Origin: Myxococcota bacterium
GTDB taxonomy: Bacteria > Myxococcota_A > UBA796 > GCA-2862545
DNA: 64,000 nucleotides
Direction of reading: 5' to 3'
Assembly (NCBI GenBank): GCA_039208735.1
Contig: JBCCQY010000024.1
Span: forward strand, 12,431 to 76,430
Numbering within the stretch: position 1 is the stretch's first letter; each line of letters begins with the position of its first letter. The translations under genes and the position numbers were made by a program. The notes under the pieces were generated by a model that did not search any database, was not told the DNA's origin, and saw only the letters and a program-made list of their open reading frames with translations. Positions 9,006 to 18,673 of the stretch are shown one piece after another.

Positions 9006-9998
9006 TCAGCCCGCCAAGAGTTCTGCTGCTTCGATCGCGAAATACGTGAGAATGCCATCCGCACCCGCCCGCTTGAACCCAAGCAGGGCTTCGAGCATGC
9101 AGGCTCGCTCGTCGATCCACCCGTTCGCACCTGCGGCTTTGAACATCGCGTACTCACCCGAGACCTGGTACACGAAGGTGGGCCGAGCAAACCTCTCTTT
9201 GACCCGCCACAGAATGTCGAGGTAGGGCATGCCGGGCTTGACCATCACCCAGTCCGCTCCCTCCATGAGGTCGAGTTCCACCTCGTGCAACGCTTCGTCG
9301 CCGTTGCCTGGGTCCATCTGGTAGGTGCGCTTGTCGGTTCCTCCGCGAGGGGCGGAGTCCAAGGCATCTCGAAAGGGTCCGTAGAACGACGATGCATACT
9401 TGGCGGAGTACGCCAGGATGAGCGTGTTCGAAAACCCTTCTTCGTCGAGCGCGTCGCGGATGGCTCCGACGCGGCCGTCCATCATGTCGGAGGGCGCGAC
9501 GACATCGGCGCCGGCTCGCGCTTGGGCCACGGCCTGCTGGGTGAGGGCTTCGATGGTGCGCTCATTGTGGATCTCTCCATCGACCACGATGCCGTCCTGA
9601 CCCAGGCTGCTGTAGGGGTCGAGCGCGACATCGGTAATCACGATGAGATCAGGAAGGGCCGACTTCAGGGCGGCAATCGTCTGGGGCACCAGACCGTCAT
9701 CGGCCCAGGCCGCGCGACCGTCTTCCGTTTTGAGCGAATCGTCGACGTGGGGGAAGAGCGCGATGGCTCGCACGCCGGCAGCCCAGCCGCGACGGGCCTG
9801 GCTCACCAAGCTCTCGATGGTGTAGCGAAACTGCCCCGGCATTGAAGGAATTGGCACATCAGGGCCTGCCTGGTCCGTCACGAACATGGGCTGGATGAAA
9901 TCTTCGGGGGATAGGCGATGCTCGCGCACGAGGTCGCGGACGGCGGCGCGCGTGCGAAGTCGGCGTGGTCTGTGGTGGGGGTATTGCTGTCGGGACAT
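9006..9998 (-). CDS. hemB: Porphobilinogen synthase (Zn-independent, Asp-rich type)
   Basis: RPRRLR, DVALDPYSSLGQDG, APSDMMDGR, YSAKYASSFYGPFRDA, MVKPG, YQVSGEY; GGAGG RBS. Confidence 0.97.
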   Translation of the reverse strand: MSRQQYPHHRPRRLRTRAAVRDLVREHRLSPEDFIQPMFVTDQAGPDVPIPSMPGQFRYTIESLVSQARRGWAAGVRAIALFPHVDDSLKTEDGRAAWADDGLVPQTIAALKSALPDLIVITDVALDPYSSLGQDGIVVDGEIHNERTIEALTQQAVAQARAGADVVAPSDMMDGRVGAIRDALDEEGFSNTLILAYSAKYASSFYGPFRDALDSAPRGGTDKRTYQMDPGNGDEALHEVELDLMEGADWVMVKPGMPYLDILWRVKERFARPTFVYQVSGEYAMFKAAGANGWIDERACMLEALLGFKRAGADGILTYFAIEAAELLAG

Positions 9999-10039
9999 CC
10001 ACTCACCTCCGCGCGGGGCGTAACCGCACGCCACGCGAG

Positions 10040-11608
10040 CTACCTTGGGCGATCCTCGGGGTCCAGCGTTTCCCCTTTAGCGAGCGTCTGTTGCACCCAC
10101 GACAACGTGTCCGCATCGATCTTGAGCTTGGCCGGGGACCGCCGCCGAAGGCTTCCCATGACGAGCTTCATCCGGTCCACCTCTCCGAGAATCTCAGCAT
10201 TCCGGGAAAGGAATGACCAGTAGAGGTGGGTGATTGGGCACGTCTTCTTCGGATGGAATCGACAAGACGCACAAAAATCGCTCATTTTGTCGATGTAGGC
10301 CGATCCGGACACGTACGGCTTTGTCGTCATGAGGTCGCCGAGCGAAAAGGTCCCCATGCCAAGCACGTTGGGCTGGACCACCCAGTCGTAGGCGTCGACG
10401 TAGGCCACCCAGAACCAATCGGAAAGCTCCTCGGCCGAATAGTCGAGCAGGGTCGCGAGGTTCGACAGCACCATGAGCCGCGTGATGTGGTGGCTGTAGC
10501 CCTCCTCCCAGACCCCTTCGACCACATGATCGAGGCAGAACAGGCCCGATGGGGCTTGCCCCCAGAATGCGGGTGGCAGAGCGTTTCCGTCACCGAGGTG
10601 GCGGCGGCGAAACCCGTCGGGCAACGCAGTGAGGCCTTCGGTGCGTTCATGGACGTGACGCACGAACTCCCGCCATCCGATGAGTTGGCGAATGAAACCT
10701 TCTTTGCTCGACATGGGAATGTCGAGCGCCAGAACATCGTCGAGGACGGGTTGGGCGAGCAGCCGACCCACATTCAGCAAGGGGGAGAGCCGGGTGTGGA
10801 AGACGTTGCGGCTTTGCACGCTCATCGCGTCTTCATAGGGGCCAAAGTGCGTCATGCACGTGGCCTTGGCCCATTCCCAAACCGCGGTGGCGTCGGACTG
10901 GGTGGTCGGAACGGAATCGGGGGTCAGCTGCCCAGGGTGATCCACAAACCGGGTGGCGATCCACTCGGCCGCTTCGGCGGTGATGGGGTCTACCTCGAAC
11001 GTGGGCGGGGTCGGCGCGACGGGATCTCCCGACCATGGCTTGCGATTGTCTCCATCGAAGCTGTAGCGCCCACCAATCGGTTTGCCTCCCTCCATGAGCA
11101 GGCCGGTTCGTTTCCTGACTCGTCGGTAGAACGCATCCATCCGCCAGGGCGGGCTTCCCAGGGCATCGAAGTCGGAGTCGTGCGTAAGCCAGCCCCCATG
11201 GGGGATTTCGACCAGGCCACCGTCTTCGAACAACGGAGCGAGTTCGTGCCGCAGTTCGTACTCTGCGGGGCGTCGAACCTCGAGGGGGCCGTGGTCCGCG
11301 ATGGCCGCACGAAGTTGATCGGCGATGGGTGCGGGTCCTGCACGAACATCGACGGCCACTCCGCGGGCCGCTTGCTCGAGGGCAAAGTGCCGGCCGTTGG
11401 CCAACACCCACAGCAGCTTTTGTTTGTGGTACGGCCTGCGACCGCCTTTGTCTGCGCTCTCCACCATGACGATGCCCAAGGTCTCGGGAGGCTGCTCGGC
11501 GAGCGGGCCTACGGCATCGGACAGCTGGTCGTACGCGACGTAGATCCAGCGTCGGCCTTCAGCATTCGTCGGTTGGACCTTCGCAAGCGCCTCCCGAAAC
11601 TCCTTCAT
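10040..11608 (-). CDS. Cryptochrome/photolyase, FeS-BCP (PhrB/CryB-like (6-4) photolyase) class
   Basis: YHKQKL, GGRYSFDGDNRK, FGPYEDAM, EGFIRQLIGWREF, HHITRLMV, TKPYVSGSAYIDKMSDFCASC..CP; four Cys positioned for a 4Fe-4S cluster. Confidence 0.93.
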   Translation of the reverse strand: MKEFREALAKVQPTNAEGRRWIYVAYDQLSDAVGPLAEQPPETLGIVMVESADKGGRRPYHKQKLLWVLANGRHFALEQAARGVAVDVRAGPAPIADQLRAAIADHGPLEVRRPAEYELRHELAPLFEDGGLVEIPHGGWLTHDSDFDALGSPPWRMDAFYRRVRKRTGLLMEGGKPIGGRYSFDGDNRKPWSGDPVAPTPPTFEVDPITAEAAEWIATRFVDHPGQLTPDSVPTTQSDATAVWEWAKATCMTHFGPYEDAMSVQSRNVFHTRLSPLLNVGRLLAQPVLDDVLALDIPMSSKEGFIRQLIGWREFVRHVHERTEGLTALPDGFRRRHLGDGNALPPAFWGQAPSGLFCLDHVVEGVWEEGYSHHITRLMVLSNLATLLDYSAEELSDWFWVAYVDAYDWVVQPNVLGMGTFSLGDLMTTKPYVSGSAYIDKMSDFCASCRFHPKKTCPITHLYWSFLSRNAEILGEVDRMKLVMGSLRRRSPAKLKIDADTLSWVQQTLAKGETLDPEDRPR

Positions 11609-11793
11609 GAGGCGCTTCCGGAGGCCTCCGCCTTCGCAGCTTCGAGGCGAGCAAAGATCGCTTCGGCCTCGGTGTACAGCTCGGCCTGACGGGCTCGGTC
11701 CCCAAACTTCTCGGCGTCCTTCGCCTCTTTCATCTTCGCTTCGTACTCGCGCTGAAGCTTCTTGATCGGGTCGGATTTGAACCAGCCGAACAC
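11605..11793 (-). CDS. Small coiled-coil protein, DUF6435/Lacal_2735-like
   Basis: MFGWFKSDPIKKLQREYEAKMKEA..GDR..LYTEAE; GGAGG RBS; ATGA overlap with the photolyase start. Confidence 0.75.
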   Translation of the reverse strand: MFGWFKSDPIKKLQREYEAKMKEAKDAEKFGDRARQAELYTEAEAIFARLEAAKAEASGSAS

Positions 11794-11840
11794 AGGACCT
11801 CCGGGACGGTCGGGTTTCGGGTACCGCGTATGGATTCCAG

Positions 11841-12431
11841 TCAGGCGTTGACCCTGCGCAATACCTGGTCGAGCGCTCGAACCGCCGCGTACGTCGGTCG
11901 TGTCATCGTGCGGGATTGCGAGCGAACCGTCCGAACTTGGCCGACCAGCCAGGCGGCGAGATCGGGGTCGTGCGCCGTAAACAGTTGCACATGCTCGCCC
12001 AGGCCCACCAGATCGATGCCCGGGCCTTCACCCCAGGAGGTGACGTGGCTCGGTGGCGCGTCGAGAAGCAGCTTGCGGCCTTGCCACACCCGGATGCGGT
12101 TGGGGTTGATCTCCAGCTGACAGCGCTCGCGCCGGCGTGACCATTCGTCGAGGAGCACCGCAGCGCCGTAGACCAACGCCTGTCCAAGCATCAGCCCGCA
12201 GGCTCCTCCAAGGGTCGCGAGGACCCGAAGCCCGAGGTCAGCTCCCGTGGCGCCCAAGTGAATCCCCAGGACCGTGAAGACGAGGAGGATGGGGGTTCCC
12301 AGAAACCCCACCAACGGTGTCAGATCGGGCTTTGGAGAACGAGGATCCCGACTCTGCAGGTCGACGGCGAGGCCATTCGACAGCCAGGTGATGGGAGCGC
12401 GACCTGAGGCGACGGGAAGGTCCTTGTGCAT
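11841..12431 (-). CDS. Hypothetical membrane protein (two TM helices)
   Basis: ORF fills the gap between neighbours and has two hydrophobic segments; start uncertain. Confidence 0.55.
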   Translation of the reverse strand: MHKDLPVASGRAPITWLSNGLAVDLQSRDPRSPKPDLTPLVGFLGTPILLVFTVLGIHLGATGADLGLRVLATLGGACGLMLGQALVYGAAVLLDEWSRRRERCQLEINPNRIRVWQGRKLLLDAPPSHVTSWGEGPGIDLVGLGEHVQLFTAHDPDLAAWLVGQVRTVRSQSRTMTRPTYAAVRALDQVLRRVNA

Positions 12432-12486
12432 GAGGTCGACATCGTTTGGTCGGACGCTCCCTTGAGCCCGGGATACAGCCCAGCCC

Positions 12487-13029
12487 ATGGATGTCCTGAC
12501 GCTCAAGGCCCTCCACATCGTGGCCGTCGTGTGCTGGTTTGCCGGCCTGTTCTACATTGTGCGGTTGTTCGTGTACCTGCGCGAGACCATGGATCGGCCA
12601 GCGGCGGAGCGGGCCGTGCTCGACCCGCAATTGCAGCTCATGGCGACCCGACTTTGGCTTGGCATCACCTGGCCATCCGGAGTGGCGACGGTGGTGCTTG
12701 GCCTCGCGCTGCTGGGCACGCAGTACGGGCTTGGACCTTACCCGGGTTGGATGCATCTCAAGCTGGCACTGGTCGCGGGGTTGTGCGCTTACCACGCTGG
12801 TTGCCACGTGATCTACCACCGTCTCATCCGGGGCGTTCCGGTGTGGTCGGGACGCGGATTTCGCATCTACAACGAGCTGGCCACCTTGTTTCTGGTGTCC
12901 ATCGTGTTCCTCGTGGTGCTGAAGAGTGCGTTGTCGGTGGTGTGGGGTGTGTTGGGGCTGATCGGGTTTGCCGCCGTGCTCATGTTGGGCATCAACGTCT
13001 ACCGCCGCGTGCGCCAACCGACGGTGTGA
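12487..13029 (+). CDS. hemJ: Protoporphyrinogen IX oxidase HemJ
   Basis: LKALHIVAVVCWFAGLFYIVRLFVY, WMHLKL, FRIYNE. Confidence 0.92.
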   Translation: MDVLTLKALHIVAVVCWFAGLFYIVRLFVYLRETMDRPAAERAVLDPQLQLMATRLWLGITWPSGVATVVLGLALLGTQYGLGPYPGWMHLKLALVAGLCAYHAGCHVIYHRLIRGVPVWSGRGFRIYNELATLFLVSIVFLVVLKSALSVVWGVLGLIGFAAVLMLGINVYRRVRQPTV

Positions 13030-13099
13030 CGGGACGGTGACCCCTCAACGCGGAGCGTTCCTCGTCCCGTTCGGATAGTCGACCGCGGGAGGGCGGCCG

Positions 13100-14053
13100 A
13101 TGCTGTTGTATGCGGTGTGGATGCTCGTGGGCCTCATCGGGCTTGTCTTTGGTGCCGAGTCACTGGTTCGCGGAGCGAGCGCCATCGCCCAAAAGCTTGG
13201 GGTGCGACCTGCCGTCGTCGGGTTGACGGTCGTGGCCTGGGGCACATCGTTTCCCGAACTCATGATTTCGATCGATGCATCGCTCGGTGGCTTTGCGGAC
13301 CTCGCGATTGCCAATGTGGTGGGGTCGAACTTCTACAACATCACGCTGATCGTGGGGCTGTCGGGGCTCATCAGTGGGCTTTCTGTCCAGCGGGAGACGC
13401 TCCGCATCGACCTTCCCGCGATGTTGGCGGCAACGCTGGCCTTCGTAGCGGTGGCCGCCGATGGTGAAATCTCGCGGTTTGAGGGCGGGCTCTTTGTCAT
13501 TGCCCTGGTTGCGTTCACCATCTTCGTGTTGTGGATGATGCCCCCTGAGGGCTCGTCGGGGCCCCATACCAGCAGCTTCATGCTCATCAAGCCGCCTTCG
13601 ATACCGTGGGCCTCCGAAATCGTGGCCGTGCTCGCGGTGCTCATTGGCGTGGCCTGCTTAGGCTACGGCGCGCAGTGGTTCACCGATGGTGCCGTCTCGA
13701 TCGCCGAGTCGCTCGGGGTGTCCCGCCGGGTCATTGGCCTCACGTTGGTGGCGCTGGGAACGAGCCTTCCCGAGCTGGCCACCAGCATCGTCGCGGCACT
13801 TCGAGGGCAGGCTGACATCGCAGTGAGCAATGTGGTGGGGAGCAACCTGTTGAACCTGCTCGTGATCGTAGGCGTCGCCGCCATGATTCGGCCGATCCCG
13901 GTGGCGGCGCATGTCGTATACCAGGACATGGGGATTTTGCTTGGGATTAGCGGCATTTTCGGGTTCTTTCTTTGGACCGGAACCCGGATCGTACGACTCG
14001 AAGGGTTCACCTTGCTTGCGCTCGGCGTCGCCTACACCATGTGGCTGATTTAG
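13100..14053 (+). CDS. Na+/Ca2+ antiporter (YrbG/CaCA family)
   Basis: Two alpha repeats: GTSFPE..NVVGSN and GTSLPE..NVVGSN. Confidence 0.93.
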   Translation: MLLYAVWMLVGLIGLVFGAESLVRGASAIAQKLGVRPAVVGLTVVAWGTSFPELMISIDASLGGFADLAIANVVGSNFYNITLIVGLSGLISGLSVQRETLRIDLPAMLAATLAFVAVAADGEISRFEGGLFVIALVAFTIFVLWMMPPEGSSGPHTSSFMLIKPPSIPWASEIVAVLAVLIGVACLGYGAQWFTDGAVSIAESLGVSRRVIGLTLVALGTSLPELATSIVAALRGQADIAVSNVVGSNLLNLLVIVGVAAMIRPIPVAAHVVYQDMGILLGISGIFGFFLWTGTRIVRLEGFTLLALGVAYTMWLI

Positions 14054-15288
14054 CGACCCAGGGCCAAGGTGACGTTGGTGCCGCCAAACCCAAAGCTGTT
14101 CGACAGCGCGACCGACAACGGCCGCTGGGCCATCTCAAGGACCGGAGGCCAGTCCTCGAGCGCGGGATCCAGCGGGTCGGCATGGACCGACGGCGCGATG
14201 AATCCCTCACGAATCATCGCCAGCGTAGCGATGGCTTCGATGGCGCCGGCGGCGCTGATCGAGTGGCCGGTGTAGCCTTTGGTAGAGCCGTAGGCGGGGC
14301 GGTGGTCGCCAAACACCTCGCGGAGCGCCTGCACTTCGGTGACGTCGCCCACGGGCGTGCTCGTGCCGTGCGTGTTGACATACTCCACCTCGGAAGCGGC
14401 AAGTCCCGAGTGCCGGAGTGCCGCGCGCATGGCCTTGGCGGCTCCACCCGCGAAGGGCGCAACCATTTCGCCCTGACCGTCGGACGACATGCCCCAGCCC
14501 AACAAGGTGCCCAGGATGGGCTGGTTGCGGGCTTCCGCGCGGTCCCGACGTTCGAGCACAACGATGCCCGCCGCTTCACCAAAGATGAAGCCAGCCCGAT
14601 CCGCCGCGTAGGGTCGTGACGGACGCACGCGGTCCTCGCTTCCGGTTCGGTTGTAGGCCCGCATCGCATCGAAGCCAGCGTGGAAGTGCATGTCAAGCAC
14701 CTCCGTGCCCCCAGCAATGGCGGCCGGCGCGAACCCGTCCCGCACCACTTGGGCCGCGATCAACAAGTTCCATGCTCCGCCTGCGCAGGCGGCAGAAGCG
14801 GACATCGAGGGGCCTGTCGCCTTCAGCACATTGACGAGATTGGCGGAAACCGTGGAGGCCATGATGCGAGGAATCACGGTTGGACCGATGCCCCGGACGG
14901 TGCCTTTCGACACGATGCCTTCCACGTCCCGGTGGGTTTGCACATCGCCTGTGCCGGAGCCCACGATGACGGCCAGGCCCTCGGTGTCAATTTGGGCCTC
15001 GCGCAGCGCCGAACGCGCTGCATAAAGGGCCATCCGGCTCGCCTTCCCCAGGAAACGAGCGGACTTTCGATCGACGCCGATCTGTTCGTTATCGAGGTCG
15101 GCGGTGACCAAACCGATGACGTCGCAGCTGCAGCCAATGGCCGTTGCCTCGGGCCAGACGTCAAACGCCGGGCTCTCGCCCGCCTTGAGGGCGGCAATGA
15201 GATGGGACGGTTCGGTGCCGAATCGGCTGACCGCGCCCGTCCCGGTGACGACGATGTCGTCGGGGCGAGGATCGCGAGGATGAGCCAT
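14050..15288 (-). CDS. Beta-ketoacyl-ACP synthase (FabB/FabF family)
   Basis: SAACAGG catalytic Cys, HGTST, TKGYTGH, SNSFGFGG; CAGGAG RBS. Confidence 0.93.
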   Translation of the reverse strand: MAHPRDPRPDDIVVTGTGAVSRFGTEPSHLIAALKAGESPAFDVWPEATAIGCSCDVIGLVTADLDNEQIGVDRKSARFLGKASRMALYAARSALREAQIDTEGLAVIVGSGTGDVQTHRDVEGIVSKGTVRGIGPTVIPRIMASTVSANLVNVLKATGPSMSASAACAGGAWNLLIAAQVVRDGFAPAAIAGGTEVLDMHFHAGFDAMRAYNRTGSEDRVRPSRPYAADRAGFIFGEAAGIVVLERRDRAEARNQPILGTLLGWGMSSDGQGEMVAPFAGGAAKAMRAALRHSGLAASEVEYVNTHGTSTPVGDVTEVQALREVFGDHRPAYGSTKGYTGHSISAAGAIEAIATLAMIREGFIAPSVHADPLDPALEDWPPVLEMAQRPLSVALSNSFGFGGTNVTLALGR

Positions 15289-15423
15289 GTTGCGAACTCC
15301 TGCAGAAAAGGGGCAGGCCCGTAACCACCGAGCTCTTGCCGCGCTTGTGTGTGATCCTCGGCGGTGGCCGGCCCGTGTCGCAGGTGTGATCCACAATAGA
15401 CCGGTCTTTCACCCGAGCGGCTC

Positions 15424-16332
15424 ATGCACGTGGACTACAACGACGTGGTCGTCTTCGCTGAGGTGGTCCGTGCGCGAGGGTTCACGGCGGCCGGGCAAGT
15501 CCTTGACCTGCCTGCATCGGCGGTCAGTCGACGCGTGGCCCGTCTCGAGAAAGCCCTTGGCTACGCGCTGCTTCACCGGACGACCCGACGGGTAGGACTG
15601 ACCGATGCGGGTCGGCTGTTCTACGAGCGCATCGCGACCATCGCCGCGCAGGTCGATGCAGGACGCCGTGCGGTCGCTGCGAGCCGTCGCACCCCCTCTG
15701 GGGTGGTCCGCATCACCATTCCGCCCGATGAGCACGGCATTCTTTGGTCGTTGCTTTCGCCATTCGTACACACCCATCCAGATGTGGATCTGGAAGTGAT
15801 TCAAACGCTTGAGAAACTCGATCTTCTCGAGCACGACATCGATGTGGCCTTGCGTGGAGGGCCCGCGCCGGACACGGCAGACCATCGGGCGGTACAGATC
15901 TTCGAGTCGCGAATTTTGCTTGCGGCAAGCCCGGAATACCTTGCGGCCCACGGAATCCCGGAACGGGTGGAAGACCTTTCCGAGCATCTTGGGGTGTGCC
16001 TCGACGGGTGGGTTCCCAACGCCATTCGACGACTTCCCGCCAGCGATGACGGCACTCCGTTGCGAATCGAAATGCGCAACCGGCTGCGTTCGAGTTCCCT
16101 TCAGATGGCGCAACGCGCTGCCCTCGAAGGGCTTGGCATTGCCCCGGTGCTCGAGATGGCGGCCCAGGACGCACTCAATCAAGGTCGCTTGGTGGAGGTT
16201 CTGCCCGGTGCACTTCCGCCTTCCTCGCCAATGTGGGCCATTTCACCGCTCGAACGTGCTCGCTCGGCTGCAGTCACCGCACTGGTCGATACCATCGTGG
16301 CCGAAGCACAGTCTCATTCGAAGAAAAGATGA
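15424..16332 (+). CDS. LysR-family transcriptional regulator, divergent from the KAS gene
   Basis: GFTAAG..L..SAVSRRVARLEKALG..LLHRTTR..LTDAG helix-turn-helix; DIDVALR. Confidence 0.95.
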   Translation: MHVDYNDVVVFAEVVRARGFTAAGQVLDLPASAVSRRVARLEKALGYALLHRTTRRVGLTDAGRLFYERIATIAAQVDAGRRAVAASRRTPSGVVRITIPPDEHGILWSLLSPFVHTHPDVDLEVIQTLEKLDLLEHDIDVALRGGPAPDTADHRAVQIFESRILLAASPEYLAAHGIPERVEDLSEHLGVCLDGWVPNAIRRLPASDDGTPLRIEMRNRLRSSSLQMAQRAALEGLGIAPVLEMAAQDALNQGRLVEVLPGALPPSSPMWAISPLERARSAAVTALVDTIVAEAQSHSKKR

Positions 16333-16502
16333 GTAAATATCAATGTTTTGAGTGATCCGGTTGTAACTTGCCGGCAACTCGGGTGTGCCTCCTCGGTAAC
16401 GCGGCGGTGGTCCAGTCCTGGTCGATGGCTTCGGCAGAGGCGAGTAGACCTTGCAGATGCCATGGGAATCCCTCTGGATACGCCCGACCGGAGGGGTTGC
16501 TC

Positions 16503-17222
16503 ATGGTCTGGTCGGTGGTGTCGATGGTCCTGGTGACGGTCGGATTCGTAGCGTTGCTTGCGTTCGTTCCGTTCAATCGCTGGATCTTCCAACACCAAGG
16601 GCGGCGTATCGAGGTTCGAAACTTTGGATTGACAGAGTCTGTTCGGGTAGATGGGGTGGTGGTGCCCGAATCTCGGGTGGCGGGAGATTTCGTCAGTTTC
16701 GCCACCCACGCGATTCCGTTTTCCAATGGGGAATCCCTGATCATCGAAATCACGACCTCCACGTTCGCCATGCGATGCCTCGCACGGTTGGGCACCCGGG
16801 TGGTGTTCGATTCGATCGGCCAGCCGGCAACGCTTCCGCTCGTGGATGATCCCCGTTGGGAGGCCGCGCAGACCTTGCTCTCAGAGCTGGATGACCACCC
16901 AAGTACCGCTCGGTCGGCGGCCACGTTGCGACGGGTTCTCGAGCGAGGCTTTCTTTCCCTGTCGAAGACCCGTCGACTCGCCGAGGCGCATCGCACGTTG
17001 GGGAGCGATGACCTTGGCAACGCGGTTGCTCAGCACGAACGAAAGGTCCGCGATGCGTTGGAACTGCTTCGACAGCTCCACCTGGCGGCTCATCGCCCTC
17101 GCCGTGCGCCTACCGCTAAGCCCTCGACGTCTTCGGTGAGCACACCTCGAACGAGCACGATGCGCTCCGCCGACCGAGCCCAGCTCGACAAGGTGTCGCG
17201 CACGCTGACAGGGAGCCCCTGA
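16503..17222 (+). CDS. Hypothetical protein with N-terminal TM helix
   Basis: GGAGG upstream of ATG 16503; hydrophobic N-terminus; 3' end overlaps the convergent gene. Confidence 0.5.
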   Translation: MVWSVVSMVLVTVGFVALLAFVPFNRWIFQHQGRRIEVRNFGLTESVRVDGVVVPESRVAGDFVSFATHAIPFSNGESLIIEITTSTFAMRCLARLGTRVVFDSIGQPATLPLVDDPRWEAAQTLLSELDDHPSTARSAATLRRVLERGFLSLSKTRRLAEAHRTLGSDDLGNAVAQHERKVRDALELLRQLHLAAHRPRRAPTAKPSTSSVSTPRTSTMRSADRAQLDKVSRTLTGSP

Positions 17223-18673
17223 GCGCGTTCGGCGAGGGCATCGAGGGCTTCTTCGATCGCGTGGTCGGCGAGCCACTGACGGACCCGTGGCTTTTCAATA
17301 CGAAACCGATCCACCACATCTCGGCTGATGCAGCGCCCGAGTCGCTCGAGTTGCATGCGCTCCCACGGCGTCACGCTACGGGGCGGAACGACGACTTCGA
17401 GGTCGGAACTGATCCAGATGGGAGGGGCGGCGGTCTCGCGTGTGGTGTTGGCCCGCGCCCAGACTCGTCCATCGTCGGTGGCGGCCACCACCCCGGGGGC
17501 TCGTCGAACCAAACCCAGGCGATGCAGACGCCGGAGCACCGCATCGAGCATCTTGGCTTCGACCTCTTCAAAACCGTCGTCGTCGAAGCGACGCACAGCG
17601 ATTTCACGCGCCGCACCATCTTCGGCCATCGATTCGTCGGTGAGCACTGGATACAGCGCGATGCCCTGTCGGATCCAGGGTCGGAACAGCCAGTCCCGAT
17701 GCTGCTCGCGGATGAGGTCTCCCAGCACGACTTCATCGAGGGCCTGGTTGCCGGCTGCGGCCAGTGCGCCCCGCACCACGGGAAGTACGGGGCGTAGATC
17801 CGCGTCCACGAGTCGCTGCACGAGTCGATCCACGGCGTCGGGGGTGTCGCCCTCGAGCACGTCCTCGAGTCCTAGGTCGAGGTGCAGTTCGCGCGTCACC
17901 TCATCGAGGCCCAAGGCGCCCAACGCTTCGAGGGCTCGAAGGGCACGTCCCCAGCGGGGGTCCGCTTCTAGTCCGCCGCTTGCTTCGATGGTCTGGCTGC
18001 CCAGCCGTCGGCCGAGCTTGCGTCCGTCGGCTTTGGTGATCGAGCCCGAAAGGGTTCGACGAGGGCGCCATCCGTGCAAGGCGGCGGCGAGGGACGCGAC
18101 GTCGTGAAGCAAGTCGACCGGGCCCGTGCCCAAGGTGGCTCGCTCGCCAGCTTCGAACCCGACGAGGTCTTCCGTTTCGGGCATTAAGGCATCATCGAAG
18201 TCCCAATGGAGTGCCGGGGCCTTAGGCAAATCGGGATGGAGGGCGAAGCGTCCGATGGATCGGGGGGTGGAACCATCGGGTTGCATTGGCTCGACAAGTC
18301 CTGCACGGACCAGCTCTTCAATGACGGGTTCGTCGGTCATCGGGTCGAACACGTGCAACCCGAGCGCGATGTGGTCGCGGGCCAAACGCTGGGCTCGTTC
18401 GAGGAGCGTACGCGCCGCATCCGAGAGCGTCGCCAGGCGGTCCACAACGTCTTGCTGCGAGGCTTCCGCTTGAGCTGTGGTGCGTCGGGCTTGGCGGACC
18501 AAGACCTCGAGCCCCCGTCGCTTCAGTTCGGGCAGGCGTTGATCGAACCCCGGGTCGACGACGCGTTCGGTGGGGCTTGGGGTGGCCAGCGTGTGGTCGT
18601 CGAGGGGTACGGCCAACGCGATTTGCGCCAACAGGCCTGGGTCGTCGACGGAGAGCAGGGAGACCGCCTTCAT
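17090..18673 (-). CDS. XPB-associated protein with C-terminal helicase-associated (Helicase_C_3-like) domain
   Basis: C-terminal ISSDLEVVV..ERLG..DVVDRFRI..LPVSVRDTLSSW mirrors the XPB N-terminal domain; ATGA overlap with XPB. Confidence 0.75.
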   Translation of the reverse strand: MKAVSLLSVDDPGLLAQIALAVPLDDHTLATPSPTERVVDPGFDQRLPELKRRGLEVLVRQARRTTAQAEASQQDVVDRLATLSDAARTLLERAQRLARDHIALGLHVFDPMTDEPVIEELVRAGLVEPMQPDGSTPRSIGRFALHPDLPKAPALHWDFDDALMPETEDLVGFEAGERATLGTGPVDLLHDVASLAAALHGWRPRRTLSGSITKADGRKLGRRLGSQTIEASGGLEADPRWGRALRALEALGALGLDEVTRELHLDLGLEDVLEGDTPDAVDRLVQRLVDADLRPVLPVVRGALAAAGNQALDEVVLGDLIREQHRDWLFRPWIRQGIALYPVLTDESMAEDGAAREIAVRRFDDDGFEEVEAKMLDAVLRRLHRLGLVRRAPGVVAATDDGRVWARANTTRETAAPPIWISSDLEVVVPPRSVTPWERMQLERLGRCISRDVVDRFRIEKPRVRQWLADHAIEEALDALAERAQGLPVSVRDTLSSWARSAERIVLVRGVLTEDVEGLAVGARRGR

